NCBI GenBank assembly: GCA_002269645.1
Contig: NIVC01002946.1
Coordinates: 65,131-129,130 of the forward strand
Origin: Macrostomum lignano
Lineage: Eukaryota
Length of the DNA stretch: 64,000 nt
Direction: 5' to 3'
Made by a program: the position numbers and the translations under genes. Shown here one piece after another: positions 1 through 15,600 of this stretch. How positions within the stretch are numbered: the stretch's first letter is position 1; every line of letters starts with the position of its first letter. Below the pieces are notes generated by a model, which saw nothing but the letters and a program-made list of their open reading frames with translations, made no database searches and had not been told where the DNA came from.

Positions 1-1
1 A

Positions 2-4697
<4,696 letters not shown>

Positions 4698-5629
4698 GAA
4701 TTCTCGGGGCTGGTGCAGGCGTTAATTTGCTTCAACAGTTTTTATCAACTTTTTGCGGCATTGTAGTTTTTTTTTATTTTAAGTAGTTGTCATTATAGAT
4801 TTTTATTGAATTCATAATCAGGCAGTAAATTAGATTGGATTTTAGGTCGATTCCATAATCATGCCAGTTGAGCAGATCAAGAGGCTACATGGTTGCTACC
4901 CATCAAGTGCTAATTCATTTATCCCATTGAAAACGTTACCGTGACAAGAATCGTGACCGTTACCGTCATTATTGAAGCGCCCCAAAGTCGCAGACAATAA
5001 AAAAACGCTTCAAATTGACTCTTTTAGAGCCGTTTTAAAGTCTGATGGAGTCACTTCTTGTCTTTTATCATTGTCACCTGCAACACAGTCACTCTGGGAC
5101 GCTTCTTGGCGTAGTTACCGGTTAAGTGATTTTTATTGCGATATTATTAATCATAATTCTTGTTCATTATTAATTTCTTTTTTATTGTCCATCTCTGTAG
5201 CGCATATACGCTCGTACAGTTTTTTTAAACAAACAATGCAGTTTGATATTCATTTTACTGAAGTGAGCGCAGCTTTTTGTGCATTATGAATTATGAATTT
5301 TCTCGTTAGATTGACTGATTAACTGACATTTAATAGGGCAATAACGTATGGAATTTATTTTCAATATTCTGTATGCGCTACTTGCGATAGTAGTAGATAG
5401 TAGAGAAATATACTGTGTGAGCTCGCCAATATATTGATTCATTTTCTACAGAACAGGATATGCTTTGCCATCTTTTGAAGCTGTAAAATTAAGGCAGCTG
5501 TTGGTTCTCGATTGCTTTGTCTAATATTTCATCTCAAGAGTCGACCGCATTAACGTTAACGCTGAGCTAAAAGTACACACTTACTCATCAAAGCCACGGC
5601 CCCCTTAGCTTTCATGATATTGCACACAA

Positions 5630-6235
5630 TATATGGACCATAAACACCAAATCTATCACTATCTACAGTATGAGATGGGCCATAGACACCAAGTCTATCA
5701 CTATCTACAGTATGAGATGGGCCATAGACACCAAGTCTATCACTATCTACAGTATGAGATGGGCCATAGACACCAAGTCTATCACTATCTACAGTATGAG
5801 ATGGGCCATAGACACCAAGTCTATCACTATCTACAGTATGAGATGGGCCATAGACACCAACTCTATCACTATCTACAGTATGAGATGGGCCATAGACACC
5901 AAGTCTATCACTATCTACAGTATGAGATGGGCCATAGACACCAAGTCTATCACTATCTACAGTATGAGATGGGCCATAGACACCAAGTCTATCACTATCT
6001 ACAGTATGAGATGGGCCATAGACACCAAATCTATCACTATCTACAGTATGAGATGGGCCATAGACACCAAATCTATCACTATCTACGGTATAAGATGGGC
6101 CATAGACACCAAATCTATCACTATCTACAGTATGAGATGGGCCATAGACACTAGATCTATCACTATCTACAGTATGAGATGGGCCATAGACACCTGCAAA
6201 TCTATCACTATCTACAGTATAAGAATAGATCACAG
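5630..6235. repeat. 42-bp minisatellite, ~14 copies, between the convergent 3' ends of HPD and the VFT gene
   Basis: Unit ATAGACACCAAGTCTATCACTATCTACAGTATGAGATGGGCC. Confidence 0.97.
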
Positions 6236-6674
6236 ATAAATTGTTTTCGGCTGTATGAGATTTAGCAAAACAAAAACTTCGTTTTTATTTTAGGCAAACC
6301 TTCTTGGCATGTTGAGTCACCGATTTTATACTGATGATATGTACAATTAATGTATCATACTGATATTATGATAGATAATAAAGAATCTACATGTTGAGTG
6401 CTAAAAATATCAATTTTTGCACTAAGAAATTAAATTTCGATTTTACCCTCAGAAAGTTGCTCGGCAAAGCAACAAAAAAGCTAGATAGCTTTACTACCAA
6501 AGACTGCATGTGTAAAAATGTACATGTAAGAGCCGTAACATGTATGGCCATGGAGTTTTGGCAAAGACTGAACTGTGAAGCCAGTTCAGCACAACTCCAT
6601 GCAGCTTCAAATGATGCACGGAAGTACAGACGGCGAGCGAATAAACTGCGAACTTAGGTGCTAGCCAGCGACAG

Positions 6675-9600
6675 TCAGGTGTCGTTTTCATAGGTGTCAG
6701 TTTGCCTGCTGGCTTGGGACTGGACAGCTGCCTCAACCTGCATCTCCGCATAGCTGCCACTGGGCCGAGCGCCGCTCCCAGCCGATGCGCCAGTCGACTG
6801 TCGCTGACGACGTGGCATGGGTGCCGGCGGCAGCGAGGATGTGGCTGGGACTGCCGGTTGCTGCGGCGGCGGCGGTGCTGGCACCGTGGCGACTGAGCCA
6901 GGCGGCTGCGACCGAATAGTATCCAGCTCGAAGCTAGGGACCTGCGGCGGCTGAGGTTGCTGCGACGGCGGCTGCTTCCTGGAATGTTGAGAAGGGAAAA
7001 TTCCTATCGCGCTTTTTTCTAGTAGTTTCTCTGTGTTCCTACTGACAGTAGGGTAAAAAAAGAAGTGTTTGATTTTCTTTAAAGGGTATTTCGATCAATG
7101 CCGAAATCGCACCGACGAAGAGCCTGAGATGTACTTTTGTCAAGACGACAGTTAAACCGTAGCCATGCAGCCACATGTACAGTAGAACGGCAAGTAGTCA
7201 TGCCATTCCACTGACATGTACTCGTACATTGTAAGTATGCAGACACGCTTTCTCATTGTCAAGGCAGTGTACACAATCTCTGTGGTGCAACTTGAGCAGC
7301 CTTGGACCTCACCTGAGCTTCTGGCACTTCTGCCTCATCCAGAGCCAGATGTCGTTGGAGAAGTAGCCAGCGCAGATTCCGGCGGGCAGGAGCAGCAGAA
7401 GCAGCAGGAGCGCCAGGTGCGCATTCGATGCCGCAGGCGGCGGGCTGACTGCCGGCGTCAGGTTGACGCAGACGACAGACTCCGCGTCGCTGCAGTCGGC
7501 TCGCTGCCTGCAGGCCGCCTGAGCTGCCGGCTTCTCCTTGGCTTGAACTGAGTCCAGACTCCGCTGCATCTGCAGGCCTGCGGCTGCCGAATACTCGCCG
7601 ATCTGCGCCAGTTCGTGGTGGGGCTTTAGAAAAAAATAATTAGTCCAATTTTCCTAAACTTTTCTCGTTTGATCACTCTTCAGTTTGTTCCAAGTTCTTC
7701 TTTGACTGTTTCAAGGCTGCTCCGAAAATACCCCTTTGCTTTCTACCGAAATTCCCTCTCAATTCTTGCAAGATTCTTTCCGAAATTCCCTCTCGATTTT
7801 TGCAAGATTCTTTCCGAAATTTCCTCTCGATTTTTGCAATATTCTTTCCGAAATTCCCTCTCGATTTTTGCAATATTCTTTCCGAAATTCCCTCTCGATT
7901 TTTGCAATATTCTTTCCGAAATTCCCTCTCGATTTTTGCAATATTCTTTCCGAAATTCCCTCTCGATTTTTGCAATATTCTTTCCGAAATTCCCTCTCGA
8001 TTTTTGCAATATTCTTTCCGAAATTCCCTCTCGATTTTTGCAAGATTCTTTCCGAAATTCCCTCTCGATTTTTGCAATATTCTTTCCGAAATTCCCTCTC
8101 GATTTTTTGCAAGATTCTTTCCGAAATTCCCTCTTGATTCTGGCAAGATTCTTTCCGAAATTCCCTCTCGACTTTTGCAAGATTCTTTCCGAAATTCCCT
8201 CTCGATTTTTTGCAAGATTCTTTCCGAAATTCCCTCTTGATTCTGGCAAGATTCTTTCCGAAATTCCCTCTCGATTCTGGCAAGATTCTTTCTGAAATTC
8301 CCTCTCGACTTTTGCAATATTCTTTCCGAAATTCCCTCTCGATTTTTGCAAGATTCTTTCCGAAATTCCCTCTCGATTTTTTGCAAGATTCTTTTCGAAA
8401 TTCCCTCTGGATTTTTGCAAGATTTTTTTCGAAATTCCCTCTCAATTTTTGCAAGATTTTTTCCAAAATTCCCTCTCGATTCTTGCAAGATTCTTTCCGA
8501 AATTCCCTCTCGATTCTGGCAAGATTCTTTCTGAAATTCCCTCTCGATTCTGGCAAGATTCTTTCCGAAATTCCCTCTCGATTTTTGCAATATTCTTTCC
8601 GAAATTCCCTCTCGATTTTTTGCAAGATTCGTTCCGAAATTCCCTCTCGACTTTTGCAAGATTCTTTCCGAAATTCCCTCTCGATTTTTTGCAAGATTCG
8701 TTCCGAAATTCCCTCTCGATTTTTTGCAAGATTCTTTTCGAAATTCCCTCTCGATTTTTGCAAGATTTTTTTCGAAATTCCCTCTCGATTTTTGCAAGAT
8801 TTTTTCCAAAATTCCCTCTCGATTTTTGCAAGATTCTTTCCGAAATTCCCTCTCGATTCTGGCAAGATTCTTTCCGAAATTCCCTCTCGATTCTGGCAAG
8901 ATTCTTTCCGAAATTCCCTCTCGATTCTGGCAAGATTCTTTTCGAAATTCCCTCTCGATTTTTGAAAGATTCTTTGCGAAATTCTCTCTCGATTTTTGCA
9001 AGATTTTTTCAAAAATTCCCTTTTGATTTTTGCAAGATTCTTTACGAAATTCCCTTTCAATTCTTGCAAGATTCCTTTTGAAATTCCCTCGATTCTTCTA
9101 AGATTCTTCCAGTAATTCCGCTTTGATCCATCAAAGATTCGTTTTGATATTCCCTCGGGATTCCTTCCAGGATTGTTCAAATAATTTCCACAAATCCTTC
9201 TCAGCCTTCCCTCTACTTGGGAGATTTTCCCAAGGTAATCCATTGCAGGCAATTCATTCATCAAAAGAAGCCCGCCATCAGATTTATCAGCATTGGCTGT
9301 CGGGCCGTCACCTTCCGCCAGCCCTCGGCGCCGCTGCCGAACTGCAGGACGTTCAGCCGGTTCGACCCGGTCCGGTCGTCACCGATTGGCCGATAGTCGC
9401 CGAATCGCCGCGGCTTGGCCGACGGGCCTCCTTTGGCGTCGCCGAAAAGAATCCGGTTGCCGCGGGCCTTCATCGCCGCCCAGCTCGGATTCTGCAGCAG
9501 GGCGTCGCAAGCGGCCGTCGACGTCGCCGCTACGCAGACGTCCCCGACGGTGGCGAGGCCGCCAAGCAGCAGGGCGGCGGCAGCGTTGGCTGCCAGCGGC

Positions 9601-12600
9601 GCCCGGCTGTCCAGGAAGCCGAGGCCGGGCAGCTCGCCGGGCGAGGCCGGTCCGCAGGCGCCGACCGCAGCCGGTTCGGTTCTGGCGAACTCAGTTGCCA
9701 GGTAGCAACCGCGAGCCGACTGGAAGTAGCTCACCAGCCAGGGTGGCCAGGGCTTCTCCGCTGCCGACGGCGGCCGCGCCAGCAGGCTTCGCTGATGCTC
9801 GACGAAAGCGGCGCTCTGGCCGGCGTCAATTTCGACGCTTAGGCAGCCGGCGCAGAGGTCGGCGCGGCCGGCCAGCCAGGAGCCGGCGGAGCCCACGGCC
9901 TCGGTGGTCAGCAGGGTCAGCCCGCTAGCGGCCGTCTCGGCTCCAGCGAAGTCCAGGAAGTTCGTCAGGTCCTCCAGGGAGCCGAGGAACGGCACGTAGC
10001 GGACGCGCTGATTTGCGACCATCCGCAGCAGGTTGGCATTGCTGACGGAGTCCTCGGTGGTGTGCGCGAAGGTCCGGCCGATGCAGATGTCGGCCTCGGC
10101 CGCCAGGCTGAGCAGCTGATCGCGCAGCGACCTGCCGTAGTCCGTGTCGGCGAACACCACGACGATGTAGTCCGCCTGCGGTGGGGGGCGGCTCGAGTTG
10201 GCTGGTGGCGGTGCTTCGGGGAAGATTGAGTGTCAGGTAGGGGGAGGGTTGAGTGTCAGGTAGGGGGAGGGTTGAGTGTCAGGTAGGGGGAGGGTTGAGT
10301 GTTAGGTAGGGGGAGGGTTGAGTGTCAGGTAGGGGGAGGGTTGAGTGTCAGGGAGGCGAGAGTTGAGTGTCAGGGAGGCGAGGGTTGAGTGTCAGGTAGG
10401 GGGAAGAATGAGTGTCAGGTAGGGGGAAGATTGAGTGTCAGGTAGGGGGAGGGTTGAGTGTCAGGTAGGGGGAGGGTTGAGTGTCAGGTAGGGGGAGGGT
10501 TGAGTGTCAGGTAAGGGGAGGGTTGAGTGTCAGGTAGGGGGAGGGTTGAGTGTCTGGTAGGGGGAGGGTTGAGTGTCAGGTAGGGGGAGGGTTGAGTGTC
10601 AGGTAGGGGGAGGGTTGAGTGTCAGGTAAGGGAGGGTTGAGTGTCAGGTAGGGGGAGGGTTGAGTGTCTGGTAGGGGGAGGGTTGAGTGTCAGGTAGGGG
10701 GAGGGTTGAGTGTCAGGTAGGGGGAAGATTGAGTGTCAGGTAGGGGGAGGGTTGATTGTCAGGGAGGCGAGGGTTGAGTGTCAGGGAGGCGAGGGTTGAG
10801 TGTCAGGTAGGGGGAGGGTTGAGTGTCAGGTAGGGGGAGGGTTGAGTGTCAGGTAGGGGGAGGGTTGAGTGTCAGGGAGGCGAGGGTTGAATATCAGGGA
10901 GTCGAGGGTTGAGTGTCAGGCAGGGGTAGGGTAAGTGTCAGGAAGTGGACGGGTTTAGTGTCAGGGAGGAGAAAGGTATTCAGCAAGGATTGAATGCCAT
11001 GGAGAGCTGGGTGTCAGTCAGGCAGTACAGCAATCCCATTGTACCTGCAAGAAGCGCAGCAGCTGCACCATGCTCTGCACGATGACTCTGTCCGTGACCA
11101 CAGTCCTGGCGAAGCTCGGGTACTCGACCGTGTCATTCAGCACAGTGGAGGTTGAGCCGTAGGACACGAGCGGCAGGCCGAACTGCTTGAGCAGCTCGGC
11201 GGCAGCCATGGAGCTGGTGCTGGACAGGGCACCAACAAAGCCCAGCAGTTTTGAGTAGTGAAAGCCGGAAGTCTCCGCTGCCAGCTGGCCGCTGAGCAGC
11301 AGGTTGAGGTTGCGGCCGGTGTACGCCCCGAGGTAGCAGGAGTCGATGATGACGTAACCGAATTTCGGCGCCTGGCCAGCCCTGGCCGAGGTGGCCGAGG
11401 CAAGGAGGGCCCGCAGAGCAGCCAGGAGCTGCTGGTCCATCAGGTTGCTGTTGAAGCCCGCAGGTGGCGCTGAGGACTCGGTAGCCAGGTGGTTCGCCGC
11501 CTGAGATCGTTCAGTGTCAGGGAGGGTTGATGGCTCAGTGTCAGGGAGGGTGAATGGTTCAGTGTCATGGAGGGTGAATGGCTCAGTGTCAGGAAGGGTT
11601 GATGGCTCAGTGTCAGGGAGGGTTGATGGCTCAGTGTCAGGGAGGGTTGATGGCTCAGTGTCAGGGAGGGTGAATGGCTCAGTTTCAGGGAGGGTGAATG
11701 GCTCAGTGTCAGGGAGGGTGAATGGCTCAGTGTCAGGGAGGGTGAATAACTCAGTGTCAGGGAGGGTTGATGACTCAGTGTCAGGGAGGGTGAATGGCTC
11801 AGTGTCAGGGAGGGTGAATGGCTCAGTGTCATGGAGGGTGAATGGCTCAGTGTCATGGAGGGTGAATGGCTCAGTGTCAGGGAGGGTGAATGGCTCAGTG
11901 TCAGGGAGGATGAATAGCTCAGTGTCAGGGAGGGTGAATGGCTCAGTGTCAGGGAGGGTGAATGGCTCAGTGTCATGGAGGGTGAATGGCTCAGTGTCAG
12001 GGAGGGTGAATGGCTCAGTGTCAGGGAGGGTGAATGGCTCAGTGTCATGGAGGATGAATGGCTCAGTGTCAGGGAGGGTGAATGGCTCAGTGTCATGGAG
12101 GGTGAATGGCTCAGTGTCATGGAGGGTTGATGGCTCAGTGTCAGGGAGGGTTGATGGCTCAGTGTCAGGGAGGGTTGATGGCTCAGTGTCAGGGAGGGTG
12201 AATGGCTCAGTGTCAGGGAGGGTGAATGGCTCAGTGTCATGGAGGATGAATGGCTCAGTGTCAGGGAGGGTGAATGGCTCAGTGTCAGGGAGGGTGAATG
12301 GCTCAGTGTCAGGGAGGGTGAATGGCTTAGTGTCAGTGAGGGTGAATGGCTCAGTGTCAGGGAGGAAATCATCTTGCAGCCACTAAATCTAGTATGCAAT
12401 TTTCAGCTATTCCAATTGCAATTTTAAGCTATTCCAATTGCAAACTTCTCACCTGCAGAATGAATTTAACAGCCAAGGCGAACTGGTAGCCGCCCTCCCG
12501 GGCGCCTCTCAGAGTCCCATCTGAGCAGTAGAATCGGTCATTGCCGGGGTAGCGCACCGGAGCGATCACTCCGATGTAATAATCGCCAGGTGAGAATTCC

Positions 12601-15600
12601 ACAATGCCTGAACTGGTTCCTAGGCAATTAGGACAGACGCCAGAGCACTCAGACTTCAGACTGGGCACTTCCTGCACGATGCCGCTGCTAGCATTGAGGC
12701 CGTAGAACTTGGCAGCTGCGGGACCTCCCAGCTGCCAAGTGACACTTCTCCGAGCTTCATCGCCCGCGCTGTCCACCAGCAGCTCGCCCAGTTTCACCAG
12801 CCGCTTGGCGCCCGCGACTTCTTGAACGTTGAACATCTGCGAGATGGAATGGAGAGGTCATCTGAGGTCGATACTCTTTTGGTTTATTTTGGACCTATTT
12901 TTCTAGGTTATTTAGGGTCACCAGCCTATTTCAAGGTCATTTAGGGTCACCAGCCTATTTCAAGGTCATTTAGGGTCACCAGCCTATTTCAAGGTCATTT
13001 AGGGTCACCAGCCTTTTTCAAGGTCATTTAGGGTCACCAGCCTTTTTCAAGGTCATTTAGGGTCACCAGCCTTTTTCTAGGTCATTTGTGGGGTCACCGG
13101 ACATAGGACTTCAAAATTTTTAAAAACATTTTCAGGCTAATATTTTCATTTTTCTGTTTGTCTACATACGGACTTCCGAAAATCATTTGAAGCTGCAGGC
13201 AGCATGCGCTTTTCCCGAACTGTTTTTTTTCTTAAAATTATGAGTTTGCACCGACTTTGAGCGTGCACACGCTCACGCAGCGTTCCCGACTTTCTAATCG
13301 TCAGGCATTTACAATCTCTGTGCTTTGAGGGTTGAAGTTGAAGAATGTTAAACTCGATTTTCTTAGAAATGAGCGCCCCATAGATTCTGGAGACTAAACT
13401 TGTACACATTTACGGCATTTAGGGCATCGAGGCTTTCTTAGTCCTTCTTCAGCCAAAGGTTGTATATTTGCTAGATAGGCCACTCCAGCCGCCTGACCCC
13501 AGCGCGGAAACCCCGGGGTTTCGACCATAGACTATAGCTTCTGCTGCTCTCAGAGCAGCTCTTGTATGTGGCCATATAAACCATCTATGGTTTAAGCTGT
13601 CTATGGGGCGGCTTGTGGCGAGAGTCAGACGGGCTACTCTGCTCCCAGTCTACTGCCGCACAGCCGCACTGTTACTGAGAACATTCTCGTCACCTTGACG
13701 GCAGGAGCGGAGAAGCCTCTAGCTCGATGGTAGAGCCCTCTGCTGAACGAGTACCCAGTGTAGTTCGCGTCCGTGAAAATCCCATAGAATGGCACAGAGC
13801 TCAGCAGAGAGGGGGAGAAGCTGAAGCTTCCTGTCGAATTTCGAAGTGCAGACAGCAGGGTACCGTTGGCGGCCCAGGCTTCCAGTGTCCGGCTGAGCAG
13901 CGGAAGCAGGCTGAGCAGCAGGTAGTCATAGTTCAGTGCCGCATCGTAGCACGGGCTGCTGAGCTCGGTCCAGTTGCACTGGGGGAACTCCGGCGACAAC
14001 CAGCTCAGGGTGGAGTTCAGGACCTGCGAGACCACCTGGAAGGCCGGATGAAAGGGAACTGAAAAATTGCGCGTCCTGCATCACCCTCCACTTACCTACA
14101 CACATTCTACACATTCTCTTTACCATGCTCCCCTCTACCCCTGCTTCCCCTACCCCTGCTTCCCTACCCCTGCTTCCCTACCCCTGCTTCCCTACCCCTG
14201 CTTCCCTACTCCTGCTTCCCTACCCCTGCTTCCCCTACCCCTGCTTCCCTACCCCTGCTTCCCTACCCCTGCTTCCCTACCCCTGCTTCCCTACCCCTGC
14301 TTCCCTACCCCTGCTTCCCTACCCCTGCTTCCCTACCCCTGCTTCCCTACCCCTGCTTCCCCTACCCCTGCTTCCCTACCCCTGCTCCCCTACCCCTGCT
14401 CCCCCTACCCCTGCTTCCCTACCCCTGCTTCCCTACCCCTGCTCCCCTACCCCTGCTTCCCCTACCCCTGCTTCCCTACCCCTGCTTCCCTACCCCTGCT
14501 TCCCTACCCCTGCTTCCCTACCCCTGCTTCCCTACCCCTGCTTCCCTACCCCTGCTTCCCTACCCCTGCTTCCCTACCCCTGCTTCCCTACCCCTGCTTC
14601 CCTACCCCTGCTTCCCCTACCCCTGCTTCCCCTACCCCTACTCTCTCTACCCCTGCTCCCCCTACCCCTGCTTCCCCTACCCCTACTCTCTCTACCCCTG
14701 CTCCCCCTACCCCTACTCCCCCTACCCCTACTCCCCCTACGCCTACTCTCTCTACCCCTGCTCCCCCTACCTCTACTCCCCCTACCCCTGCTCCCCTTAC
14801 CCATTGCTCCCCTCTACCCCTGCTCTTCCTACCCCTGCCCCCTACCCCTGAGCTACCAAATCGTCTCCCGGGCTGAAGTCCACCACGCCAGGCCGCAGCA
14901 GCAGGCTGCCAAGCAGGGAAGTCGCCACTGTTGATGAAGCTGGGGTTGCCAGCTGCTGGCCGACAAACCGGAAGGCCTCGCCACCGGCCAGGATCCACTG
15001 GAACCGACGCTCGGTGTCCGCGTACCGGGCGTCGCCGCCGCCGCTGACGAGCTGCAACAGGCGGCTGACGGTGTCGGCCGGGGCAGCCAGCAGCACCGCC
15101 AGCCGGGCCAGCCTCTTGTCCGAGTAGACGTGCCTCTTCAGCTGTTCAGCGGCAGCTGTCGCATTCTCGCTGGTGGCCGAGAGCACCAGACCGAGGCAGA
15201 GACGTCGGGAGCCCCTGCTAGCGAGCTGTCGAAGCCGGCCGGCCAGCAGCTGATCGCCTCGGCTGGTGGAAGTCACGACGGCGATGTAAGTCCAGTTGAG
15301 CCCCGTGACCAGCTGGTAGGCCGCCTGCCAAGTGTGATTTGTTGTTAAAAGTACAGTGCGGTGGGTCCTCCAGCGGGCCACCAGAACCTTGGATCCCCCA
15401 TAAGCACAAAGTTTGGGCTGCATCACAAAGATCACAAACATAGGATTTTTATTATCAGTGTATTTTCAGACCTTCATTTTTGTATTTTCGCTAGATGCGC
15501 CACGGGCGAGCACTGACATGTCATGGACCACAAAAAATCTCGTTTGAAAACGATATGTGTCCGAAAACACCCCTACATGCTGCTCATATTCACCCTACAT

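Noticed and set aside
5556-6239. Repeat ORFs (YGPSHTVDSDR, HRHQVYHYLQYEMG)
   Set aside because: 42-bp tandem array open in several frames on both strands, with no splice or codon evidence.
7020-7127. Alternative terminal exon for the VFT gene (RLFVGAISALIEIPFK...NY*)
   Set aside because: An acceptor-like CTCAG exists and the phase fits, but the segment is AT-rich, short and lacks the coding-style composition of the 6978-6675 exon; unsupported without RNA data.
7669-9264. Long ORFs (up to 501 aa) on both strands
   Set aside because: They are translations of a stop-free 34-bp intronic minisatellite; the peptide repeats in all frames and lies between phase-compatible exons.
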